DNA from: an uncultured delta proteobacterium
Lineage (GTDB): Bacteria > Desulfobacterota > Binatia > Binatales > Binataceae
Direction: 5' to 3'
Length of the DNA: 64,000 bases
Assembly: GCA_963744545.1 (NCBI GenBank)
Contig: CAVUUH010000044.1
Location: 34,140 to 98,139, forward strand
The stretch's first letter is position 1; every line of letters begins with the position of its first letter. The notes under the pieces are model-generated. The model did not search any database, was not told the DNA's origin, and saw nothing but the letters and a program-made list of their open reading frames with translations. The position numbers and the translations under genes are program-made. Positions 1 through 7,571 of this stretch are shown here, one piece after another.

Positions 1-78
1 CGCGCGTTTGCTCGATGGCTAGTTGTTCCGTTGCCGGCAGCGGGCCATACGCTTCACAACCCCGTTGGAAGGTGATCG

Positions 79-1350
79 CTACAAGTCATTATCGGTGTCA
101 TCGAGGGCTGCGAGTGCGGGATCATCTTCCGAGATGACGTCGATTCGGTCCGCCGGCTTGCCGGACATCAGTTCGTCGATGTTCTCGGCTATTCGATCGA
201 CGAATCGTCGTTGTCCCGGCAACTCATCCATCCGATTGTAGAGCACCACGATGCCGCGATCGTGCGCCGGTGAGAATTCCACGTGAGTCGTATACCCAGG
301 CGTGGTGCCGCCGTGCTCGAAGCGGCCCGACTCGACGTGAAACAGCCAGCTGAATGCCACCTCGGTATTAGGTTTCACCACTCCGCGAAGTTGATGGTCC
401 AGCGCGAACGCGGCGGGCAACGTCGCGCCGGGTGAACCGGGAGCAGCGCCGATAGCATAACGATCGGGATGGAGATTGGCGTCGAGCCAGGTGAGCAGGT
501 CGTCCGCCGTCGACTTTGCGCCTATCGCGCCGGCGAAGATTCCACCTTCACGAGATCCCGCGTCGACGGCATCCAGCGTAGCACCGTGGCCCTGTATCAA
601 GCGCTGCTCCTGATTCGGCGAAAGCGCGAACACGGTGTCGTTCATGCGCAATGGTCCCGTGATCTCGGTTCTGATCAGTTCCGGATACGGAACACCGGCG
701 CGCTGTGCGAGAGCGTATCCGAGCAAGCCGATACCCATGCTGCTGTAGAGATACTTCGCGTCGGCGGGTTTCGAGGTGCCGTGCCGCACGAGGAAGTCGT
801 GCAGCGCGACGCGGTCGTAGTCGGAGAATGGGTTGCTGGGATCCTTCGGCACGAGATTGTCGGGAACGCTGGGAAGCCCGGAGCGATGAGTCGCGAGGTC
901 GAGCAGGGTGATTTCTGTTTCATCCGGTCTCGCGGCGATATCGGGGAAAAGGATCGGGCGCAGCGGCTCGTCGAGACTGACTTTTCCCTGCGGGGCGAGC
1001 TGCGCGAGCGCGAGCCCGGTGAAGGTTTTCGTGACCGAGCCAATCTCGAAGATCGAGTCGACGCGCGCAGCGCCGTAGGTGAACACGCGGCGCTCGCCAT
1101 GATCGATTACGCCAATCACCACTCCGCAACCAGTCGATTCCCGCAGCAGGCCGTCCTTCACGACGGGTGCGAATTCGCCGTCGAGAGCCTGCTTAAGATC
1201 AGCGAGCGCGATCGGCGGTCTCGCTGGAAGGTTCGCCGCTCGAGGCGTCGGCGAATCGATGCTCCATAGCCCGAGTCGCAGTCCTGCGGCGGCGAACGCG
1301 CCGAGCACGACCATCCATTTGAGCCACCTGATGTAGCCGCGACGGTTCAT
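79..1350 (-). CDS. serine hydrolase, beta-lactamase (class C / esterase-like) family, N-terminal membrane anchor
   Basis: 423-aa ORF; S-x-x-K motif in 'EIGSVTKTFTG'; hydrophobic N-terminus 'WLKWMVVLGAFAAAGL'. Confidence 0.8.
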   Translation of the reverse strand: MNRRGYIRWLKWMVVLGAFAAAGLRLGLWSIDSPTPRAANLPARPPIALADLKQALDGEFAPVVKDGLLRESTGCGVVIGVIDHGERRVFTYGAARVDSIFEIGSVTKTFTGLALAQLAPQGKVSLDEPLRPILFPDIAARPDETEITLLDLATHRSGLPSVPDNLVPKDPSNPFSDYDRVALHDFLVRHGTSKPADAKYLYSSMGIGLLGYALAQRAGVPYPELIRTEITGPLRMNDTVFALSPNQEQRLIQGHGATLDAVDAGSREGGIFAGAIGAKSTADDLLTWLDANLHPDRYAIGAAPGSPGATLPAAFALDHQLRGVVKPNTEVAFSWLFHVESGRFEHGGTTPGYTTHVEFSPAHDRGIVVLYNRMDELPGQRRFVDRIAENIDELMSGKPADRIDVISEDDPALAALDDTDNDL

Positions 1351-1370
1351 ATGTCATAGTGAGCACGAAC

Positions 1371-1446
1371 GTGGCACAGGCTTCAGCCTGTGATTCTTTC
1401 CTGGATTTCCATGGACCAGAAAATCACAGGCTAAAGCCTGTGCCAC
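1371..1446. repeat. nested inverted repeat: two 18-bp palindromes CACAGGCT-NN-AGCCTGTG (1375-1392, 1425-1442) inside 25-nt arms that are themselves reverse complements (1 mismatch)
   Basis: read directly: gtggcacaggcttcagcctgtgatt ... aatcacaggctaaagcctgtgccac; lies 21-96 nt upstream of the minus-strand serine hydrolase start. Confidence 0.85.
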
Positions 1447-1555
1447 CAAAATCAAGAACCTGATTGCGAAAGGTTGTCCTCAACATTTCGCGATTATCAG
1501 TGGTGCAGAGCCCGTCCTGAGCCAAGCCGAAGGAGGTCACCCCTGCCGAAGGAAG

Positions 1556-1580
1556 TGTGAAACCCACCGCGGGTTTCACA
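1556..1580 (-). terminator. putative hairpin terminator after the L,D-transpeptidase gene
   Basis: 10-bp perfect stem tgtgaaaccc/gggtttcaca with 5-nt loop, 28 nt downstream of the stop at 1608; the T-tract is weak. Confidence 0.4.
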
Positions 1581-1607
1581 TTCAATAAGGTGATTTACCC
1601 TTCCCCG

Positions 1608-2438
1608 TCACGGGTTGATTATCACCAGCGTGCCCTTGGGGAGGAGTCGCGTCAGTTCTTCGATGTCCTCGTCGTCTACTGAGATGCATCCCGTAGTCCA
1701 GTTGATGTCGCCTCGGTTGAGTTCCGGTTCGTCGGTGCCGTGGATTCCGATTTTGCCGCCTACGCCTACCGGGTGGCCATCTTCGTGCGGCACTTCGCCG
1801 TCGTCGCGCATTTGTTCGTAGCGATGGCGGTCGAGGTCGTTTGGGTAGTTCAAGGTGAGGAACCAATCCCAGCGGGCGCTTGGATGCTTATTGATAATCG
1901 CGTAGACGCCCTCGGGTGTGCGCCGGTCGCCTTCCCACAATTTTGTGCCGGGCTCGAAGCTGCGTCCGAACACGGCGTGGTAGCTCTTAAACAGCCGGCT
2001 TTTGTAATAGACGATCAGTTGGTGGCGCTTTTTGAAAATCGTCACTGACCAATTGAGCGGATCGTCGAAAGCGATGGCGCGGGTCTTGTCGAACAGGAAC
2101 TGGCCCGGCGTCGGCACGCGATCGGTCCGCACCCCTTCAATTTTCACTTGCGTGAGCGGTCGCGGGGTGGACGCCGCGGTCGGCGTCGGTGTCGGAGTAG
2201 TTCCCGGACCGGGCGGCTCGGGCGTCGGCATCCCGGGATCTACATACTGGACCTGCTTCGGATTGTAAGGTGGAGGCGGCGGCAGCGTGCCTGCCTTCTC
2301 GGCGTCGCCGGCGGTGATCGGCGCGCTCTGCTGCGCGAGCATCGCGGCAGGACCGGCGAGCACCGGCTCGGCAGCGCACATCAAAACGATAGTCGCGGCA
2401 ATCAATGCGGCCGTGATCGATCCAGCAATCCTGCCCAT
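1608..2438 (-). CDS. L,D-transpeptidase (YkuD/ErfK family) with Pro-rich linker
   Basis: 276-aa ORF; catalytic pattern 'GIHGTDEP...NWTTGCISV'; signal/anchor at the N-terminus. Confidence 0.85.
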   Translation of the reverse strand: MGRIAGSITAALIAATIVLMCAAEPVLAGPAAMLAQQSAPITAGDAEKAGTLPPPPPYNPKQVQYVDPGMPTPEPPGPGTTPTPTPTAASTPRPLTQVKIEGVRTDRVPTPGQFLFDKTRAIAFDDPLNWSVTIFKKRHQLIVYYKSRLFKSYHAVFGRSFEPGTKLWEGDRRTPEGVYAIINKHPSARWDWFLTLNYPNDLDRHRYEQMRDDGEVPHEDGHPVGVGGKIGIHGTDEPELNRGDINWTTGCISVDDEDIEELTRLLPKGTLVIINP

Positions 2439-2564
2439 CAGCTCCAGCCAAGCTCCAGCATCGCGGTCACATTATGCATTTTGTAAACGCTTGGTGCGAA
2501 GGTCAATTGTAACGTAGCGTGAATATTTGATTTATCAGTCAGCCAACCACGGAGCTTTCTTGCA

Positions 2565-3080
2565 ATGGACACCAATCTTGCGCGCGCGATGGCCGGTCTC
2601 ACCACCGGAATATATGTTTTGACCACGCAGGAGAATGGGCGAAGCCACGGGATGTCGTCGTCGTGGGTGGCGCAGGCCTCGGGCGAGCCCGCGATGTTCA
2701 CGGCGGCGGTCGATAACGCGCACTTCAGCAAGGCCGTGATTGCGAGGACTGGCGCCTTCGGCTTGAACGTGGTGGGACGCCGCGGCCGCGCGCTCGAAGA
2801 TTATTTTTATTCGCCGCGCGCGCGGCGCGACAACAATCTCGACACGATCGAGTTCGAACTGTCGCCGACGCTGGCGGTGCCATGGCTGAAACTTGCGATG
2901 ATCGCTCTGGAAGCCCGCGTGATTGATAGCCACGTCGCCGGCGATCACACAATTTTCGTCGCGTCACCGGTGGGAGTCCGTATCAGCGCGAACGATCGTC
3001 CGCTGACGTCGCTCGATCTCGATTACGTTTATCTCGGCGGCAAGAATGTGGTCGCGCGCGATCGCTCGGGATGGGATTAG
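2565..3080 (+). CDS. flavin reductase family protein (FMN-binding split barrel)
   Basis: 171-aa ORF; 'LTTGIYVLTT...HGMSSSWVAQAS' is typical of flavin reductase-like domains. Confidence 0.8.
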   Translation: MDTNLARAMAGLTTGIYVLTTQENGRSHGMSSSWVAQASGEPAMFTAAVDNAHFSKAVIARTGAFGLNVVGRRGRALEDYFYSPRARRDNNLDTIEFELSPTLAVPWLKLAMIALEARVIDSHVAGDHTIFVASPVGVRISANDRPLTSLDLDYVYLGGKNVVARDRSGWD

Positions 3081-3162
3081 GAAGGCGGGCACGGCGGCCC
3101 GCCCCACTTAAACTTTCACGGCATGCCCCTCCTGAGTGGGGCGGGCCGCCGTGCCCGCCTTC
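3081..3162. repeat. perfect 28-bp inverted repeat with 26-nt spacer, candidate bidirectional terminator
   Basis: gaaggcgggcacggcggcccgccccact (3081-3108) is the exact reverse complement of 3135-3162; each arm contains its own 7-bp hairpin ggcgggc/gcccgcc; lies between convergent genes. Confidence 0.85.
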
Positions 3163-3236
3163 GGTACTGGCGTCATTTGAGGGCCGCTGACAAGGAGTGG
3201 CGTCATTTGCCGGGATGAACCGGAACCAATGCGGGA

Positions 3237-3521
3237 TCAAATGGGACGATAGAAAACCCTAGCCGCGAACCACCCTAACGCTGCGTACAAGACAACATTT
3301 GTTCCAAGCGAGATGACCAGCACCAATAATTGAAAGGCGATAGGGCTGCCAGCAGGTCCCGCCACTCCGATTGGTATTAAGAGTACTACGCCCGGCCAAA
3401 ACAGGAGGGACCAAGCCTCTGCCTCCATCATTGACGGGAAAATATACCCGGCCATGTAAATCCCTATCGGTATCAGCAACCCGACAAGCGCTCCCCAAGC
3501 GGCGGCGTGGCGTGGCTTCAT
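3237..3521 (-). CDS. small integral membrane protein (about 3 TM), passenger gene
   Basis: 94-aa hydrophobic ORF; its ATG overlaps the stop of the upstream 257-aa ORF (ATGA at 3518-3521). Confidence 0.55.
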   Translation of the reverse strand: MKPRHAAAWGALVGLLIPIGIYMAGYIFPSMMEAEAWSLLFWPGVVLLIPIGVAGPAGSPIAFQLLVLVISLGTNVVLYAALGWFAARVFYRPI

Positions 3522-4294
3522 TAAAGATTCTGCAAGAAACTGATCAATCGCTTTTTTTGATCGTCGCTCAACGGCACTGGAATCAGCACCTGAGCGAACT
3601 GCGGTGCATCGTTAGTGATCGGGTCTAACGCGACGTTGAACACCTTGGATTTGAGCGTTTTCGCTTGGCCCGTCTGGATTTCCGGCTTTTCTTGGATTTC
3701 TTCTTCAGATTTCAATTGCGCTTCCTCGTCATGAAGTTCCAGCGTTTCCGGTTCTTCTACTGGCGATTCTAGCTGGTCTTCCGTCGATATACCAGCATAT
3801 GCTAACGAGGCGCGAAAATCCTTCAAAAACCCATCCACGGCCTTCGCATTGAAGTGTTTATCAGCAATCAATTCAGATCGGAGTGTTTGATCCGAAGGAA
3901 TTTTCTTTCCCTTGAAACGATTGAAAAGTTCACGATAAGCCTGAGGCAGTAGCACAGCTTCTCGCAGCGCATTCTTTCCTCGATCCTGATCCGGGAAAAG
4001 CAGAATATTCACGGCGCGTTTGGTCACTACGGCGCGCTCTCCGCGCATTTCGATCAACCCAAATTTTTTCAATCCAGCCAAGACAGACAGGGCATCACCA
4101 TGCGCTTTGTTGAATCCCATGTGCGTGGCTGCTGATTCAATCGTTGACCCTGATTCATGGTCCGCGTCATAGAGCTTTTGCGCCCGCCCAACAGCGGCTT
4201 TCAGGCTCTCGGCAGGATAGGCGGGACTCCTAATCCGCTTCTTTTTAGGGGTCTTCGATGTTCCGCTATTCGATGCGTCTTTCTTAGATTCCAT
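3521..4294 (-). CDS. hypothetical protein, basic N-terminus, acidic linker, no family recognised; passenger gene
   Basis: 257-aa ORF; GAGGA Shine-Dalgarno upstream; near-consensus promoter upstream; translationally coupled to the membrane ORF. Confidence 0.65.
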   Translation of the reverse strand: MESKKDASNSGTSKTPKKKRIRSPAYPAESLKAAVGRAQKLYDADHESGSTIESAATHMGFNKAHGDALSVLAGLKKFGLIEMRGERAVVTKRAVNILLFPDQDRGKNALREAVLLPQAYRELFNRFKGKKIPSDQTLRSELIADKHFNAKAVDGFLKDFRASLAYAGISTEDQLESPVEEPETLELHDEEAQLKSEEEIQEKPEIQTGQAKTLKSKVFNVALDPITNDAPQFAQVLIPVPLSDDQKKRLISFLQNL

Positions 4295-4318
4295 TTTCGG
4301 AGTTTCCTCTGGACGAAG

Positions 4319-4348
4319 ATAATAAGCCTACCTGTCGGTGATAGTCAA
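4319..4348 (-). promoter_or_regulatory. putative sigma-70 promoter for the cargo operon (TTGACT-18-TATTAT on the minus strand)
   Basis: plus-strand agtcaa at 4343-4348 and ataata at 4319-4324, 18-nt spacer; about 25 nt upstream of the ATG at 4294. Confidence 0.45.
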
Positions 4349-4385
4349 GCCGTAGCGATTACGTTAAATTTACGGAGCTTACTGC

Positions 4386-4414
4386 TTGACATCAGTAGGG
4401 CATTACCGTAGAAT
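4386..4414 (+). promoter_or_regulatory. putative sigma-70 promoter (TTGACA-17-TAGAAT) reading toward the transposase
   Basis: ttgaca 4386-4391, 17-nt spacer, tagaat 4409-4414; divergent from the cargo promoter. Confidence 0.5.
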
Positions 4415-4686
4415 CCGGCCATGGAGATTTCGATGAGACTTTCAGTAGCCCCTACGTCCACGTTCACCGACGCGGCGGGCAACAACGAAAAGGCGCGCGC
4501 CCTGTCTGCTGGGGAGCAACAGGGACAACGCGCCGTGGTGAACTTTGAATTTAAGCCGACCGGCGTGAGTGGTTGCACACTCGCGCCGGTCACGTCTCCA
4601 ACGCATCCGAGTTACCGGACGGCATCGAAGTTGGCAATTTCTATTGTCGCCCCGTTCACTCGGCAGAGCAATACATGGGGCTGACA

Positions 4687-5853
4687 ATGAACGTTCTTCC
4701 CTTCGAAAAGCAGACTCAGATCATCGCGGCTCTAACTGAGGGCCTGTCCATCCGATCCGTCGCGCGCCTGTGCGATGTTGAGCGCAACACGATTGGCCGT
4801 CTCGCGCTTCGCATCGGAGAAGGCTGCGAGTCTTTGCATGATCGCACCATGCGCAACCTGCAAGTGAATCTCATCGAGCTGGATGAGCAATGGTCGTATG
4901 TCGCGAAAAAGCAGAAACGCGTCCGACAGGACGATCCCGCCGAAATCGGCGATGCGTGGCTTTTCATCGCGATGGCTGCGACTCAAAAAGCTATCATCAG
5001 CTTCTCAGTCGGAAAGCGCACGCAAGAAAACACATACGCGCTCGCGATGGATTTGCGCCATCGGATCATCAATCGCGCACAGATAACCAGCGACGGCTAC
5101 GCACCGTATATCGGTGCGGTCGAAAACGCGTTCGGCATGAACGTGGATTACGCGATGCTCACGAAACAATATGTCGGCGATTCCAATCTGCCGGATGCGG
5201 CGCATCGCTACAGCCCCGGCCACGTCGCGGGCATCGAAAAGACCGTAATAAGAGGACGCCCCGACAAGGATTTGATCAGCACGTCGTATGTCGAGCGTTT
5301 CAATCTGTCGAGCCGAATGCAGATGCGCCGGTTCACTCGATTGACGAACGGATTCTCAAAGAAGCTGGAAAATCACCGCGCGGCAGTGGCGTTGTGGATT
5401 TGTTTCTACAATTTCTGCCGCGTCCATGAAACGCTGCGCACGACGCCAGCGATGGCGCTGGGGGTGACAGATCATATTTGGACGATCAGTGAGCTAATCG
5501 CAGCCGCGCTTGAGCCTGTGGACGTGCCGCCTCTGCCGAAAGAGCCGGAAACCACACTGCGACCGGGAACGCGCCGATTCAGACTGATCGTCGGAAGTGG
5601 CGGGAAGGGAACTGAACAAACCGCGCTAGTGACTTTTAAGAGCATCGAAGGCGGCCTTGATGATTCGATCTGCGCTCAATATCCCAACGCTTCCAAGAAT
5701 CACGACAGCCAATATTTTAGGAGAAGGGTTAGCTGCCAAGAGCGCGGGAACAAGAAAATACAGAAGGCCCGCGACAACAGCAGCCGCGATCGCAAGACGC
5801 ACCGTCTCCTGACGAGCCGGGACTGCATACGTGTTTTTCGATACCTGGACTAA
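4687..5853 (+). CDS. IS1-family (single-ORF type) DDE transposase; 3' end uncertain
   Basis: 'MNVLPFEKQTQIIAALTEGLSIRSVARL...DEQWSYV...ITSDGYAPY...STSYVERFNLSSRMQMRRFTRLTNGFSKK' matches IS1-type transposases; ATG at 4687; homologues usually end near '...FRLIVGSGG' (about 5620), so the open tail to 5853 may be read-through. Confidence 0.8.
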   Translation: MNVLPFEKQTQIIAALTEGLSIRSVARLCDVERNTIGRLALRIGEGCESLHDRTMRNLQVNLIELDEQWSYVAKKQKRVRQDDPAEIGDAWLFIAMAATQKAIISFSVGKRTQENTYALAMDLRHRIINRAQITSDGYAPYIGAVENAFGMNVDYAMLTKQYVGDSNLPDAAHRYSPGHVAGIEKTVIRGRPDKDLISTSYVERFNLSSRMQMRRFTRLTNGFSKKLENHRAAVALWICFYNFCRVHETLRTTPAMALGVTDHIWTISELIAAALEPVDVPPLPKEPETTLRPGTRRFRLIVGSGGKGTEQTALVTFKSIEGGLDDSICAQYPNASKNHDSQYFRRRVSCQERGNKKIQKARDNSSRDRKTHRLLTSRDCIRVFRYLD

Positions 5854-5985
5854 AGCGGCGGCATTCGTTGGTGACATGTCGGCTAAAACCCGCGCATCAA
5901 TTTTGACGTATTGCTCCGAGACACTGTGTTCGAGTAACACGGCGGTTGGAGGATTTGGGGGATTTGGGTTTCCGTTGTCAGGCAT
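5626..5985 (-). CDS. hypothetical protein with C-terminal TM helices (weak call)
   Basis: 119-aa ORF inside the transposon right end; no clear SD; overlaps the open tail of the transposase ORF. Confidence 0.3.
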   Translation of the reverse strand: MPDNGNPNPPNPPTAVLLEHSVSEQYVKIDARVLADMSPTNAAALVQVSKNTYAVPARQETVRLAIAAAVVAGLLYFLVPALLAANPSPKILAVVILGSVGILSADRIIKAAFDALKSH

Positions 5986-6139
5986 CGGATTCGCGAACGG
6001 TAAAAACAGCGTTGAACGGGTGGCGTCATTTCAGCCCCCAGTGGCGTCTTTTGGCCGAATGACGCCAGTACCCCGCCTTCCTAATGCTTTGACCACCGGC
6101 AAAATCGTCTGATAGCATCCGCGCGCGGAGAGATTTCGG

Positions 6140-6619
6140 ATGGCAATCGAAAAGAACGAACTGCGGCGCGTAATGGGGCATTTCGCAACCGGCGTTACCG
6201 TGATCACGTCGCTCCGCACCTCCGGCGAACTGCATGGCCTGACCGCCAACGCGTTCACTTCCGTCTCGCTGATTCCCCCGCTAGCGCTGGTATGCGTCGA
6301 CAAGAAGGCCGAGAGCTATCCGTGTTTCGAGGAGAGCAAGATCTTCACCGTCAACGTATTGGCGTCCGACCAGGAAGCGCTGTCGCGCAAGTTTGCGGTC
6401 AGCGGCGGCAACAAGTTCGAAGGCGTCAGCTACAAGATCGGAGCGAACGGCGCACCGATCCTCGACGGCGCGCTTGCGTATCTGGAATGCAAGGTGACTG
6501 TCGCGATCGACGGCGGCGACCATACGATTTACCTCGGCGAAATCGAGCAGGCCGAGACTCCGCATGAAGGCAAGCCGCTCCTGTTCTTCCGCGGCGGCTA
6601 CCGCGAGCTTGGCGATTAG
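6140..6619 (+). CDS. flavin reductase (HpaC/NADH:FMN oxidoreductase-like)
   Basis: 159-aa ORF; 'LRRVMGHFATGVTVITS...HGLTANAFTSVSLIPPLALVCV'. Confidence 0.85.
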   Translation: MAIEKNELRRVMGHFATGVTVITSLRTSGELHGLTANAFTSVSLIPPLALVCVDKKAESYPCFEESKIFTVNVLASDQEALSRKFAVSGGNKFEGVSYKIGANGAPILDGALAYLECKVTVAIDGGDHTIYLGEIEQAETPHEGKPLLFFRGGYRELGD

Positions 6620-6634
6620 GCCGCAAACGCCAAC

Positions 6635-7360
6635 GTGAGCGCCGTCGCCCGCATCCCAGGCATCAGCGTTTTCCTGCCGTCGCATAACGAGGAAGGCAAC
6701 GTCGAGCGCGTCGTGCGCTCGTGGATCGCCGAATGCCCGCGCGTCGCCGACAACTTCGAAGTGATCGTGGTTGACGACGGCAGTCGCGATCGCACTGGCG
6801 AGATTGCCGAGCGACTCGCCGCCGAGGACTCGCACGTCAAGGTCGTGCGTCATCCGGTGAATCGCGGCTACGGCGGTGCGGTGATTTCCGGAATTCGCGC
6901 CGCCACTCAGCCCTACGTGCTGCTATGCGACGGCGATGGCCAGTTCGATCCCGCGGATCTCGAGAAGCTGACGCCGTTTGTCCCCGAGTACGACGTGGTC
7001 TGCGGACGCCGCGCGCATCGCGCGGACCACCTGATGCGACGCGTCAACGGCAAGGCATGGACGACTCTCGTTCGCGTCCTGCTCGGTATCACGATCACCG
7101 ACATCGATTGCGGATTCAAATTGTTCAAGCGCGAAAAGCTCGATAAAATGGAGTTACGCGCACATGGTGCGATGATCTCGACTGAGCTGATGGCGCGGCT
7201 GGCGGGGCGTCACGCCAAGGTGAAAGAGGTGGATGTGCAGCATCTGCCGCGGCTGACCGGCGAGCAATCGGGCGCCAATCTCAAGGTGGTCGCACGGGCG
7301 TTTAAGGAACTGATAGCGCTATATCGCGAGTTAAGAGACGAACGCCAAGGGCAAGGATAG
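6635..7360 (+). CDS. family 2 glycosyltransferase (polyprenol-phosphate sugar synthase-like)
   Basis: 241-aa ORF; 'VIVVDDGSRDRT', 'NRGYGGAV', 'DGDGQFDP' motifs; GTG start. Confidence 0.85.
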   Translation: MSAVARIPGISVFLPSHNEEGNVERVVRSWIAECPRVADNFEVIVVDDGSRDRTGEIAERLAAEDSHVKVVRHPVNRGYGGAVISGIRAATQPYVLLCDGDGQFDPADLEKLTPFVPEYDVVCGRRAHRADHLMRRVNGKAWTTLVRVLLGITITDIDCGFKLFKREKLDKMELRAHGAMISTELMARLAGRHAKVKEVDVQHLPRLTGEQSGANLKVVARAFKELIALYRELRDERQGQG

Positions 7361-7492
7361 GGGAGTCTCGGCCTCTCCGCGGTGGGAATCGCCCGTACGC
7401 AAAGCGGATAGACGGTAGACCGATTGCGTCACCGCGCGGTTCCCGTAGGATGAAATCAAGGAATTTTGTAGGAAGTTCTTGCCGCGCAGCGA

Positions 7493-7508
7493 TGGCACAG
7501 GTATAGCA
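7493..7508 (+). promoter_or_regulatory. candidate sigma-54 (-24/-12) promoter TGGCAC-N5-TAGCA
   Basis: tggcac 7493-7498 and tagca 7504-7508; GG (7494-95) and GC (7506-07) are separated by exactly 10 nt; 64 nt upstream of the ATG at 7572; rpoN is present in the window. An overlapping TTGCCG-17-TATAGC sigma-70-like reading is also possible. Confidence 0.5.
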
Positions 7509-7571
7509 ATACGCTTAATAGTCACATTGCGTCCCATTAAGGGCCGCCCCAGATCAAGGAGATCCACGAGT

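Larger units (their letters stand above)
3163..6072. mobile_element. IS1-family transposon carrying passenger genes (about 2.9 kb)
   Basis: 15/15-bp terminal inverted repeats ggtactggcgtcatt (3163-3177) and aatgacgccagtacc (6058-6072); 8-bp direct duplication ccgccttc at 3155-3162 and 6073-6080; IS1-like transposase inside; interior is visibly AT-richer than the flanks. Confidence 0.7.

Noticed and set aside
1372-1446. TGGCAC hexamers in both arms of the nested repeat, considered as sigma-54 promoters
   Set aside because: The GG-to-GC spacing is 11 nt and the -12 element reads TTAGC or TCAGC, so it does not fit the GG-N10-GC geometry.
4421-4684. 87-aa ORF just upstream of the IS1-type transposase, considered as an InsA-like partner
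   Set aside because: It has no zinc-finger or HTH features, and the transposase ORF already carries its own N-terminal HTH. It is more likely an untranslated leader.
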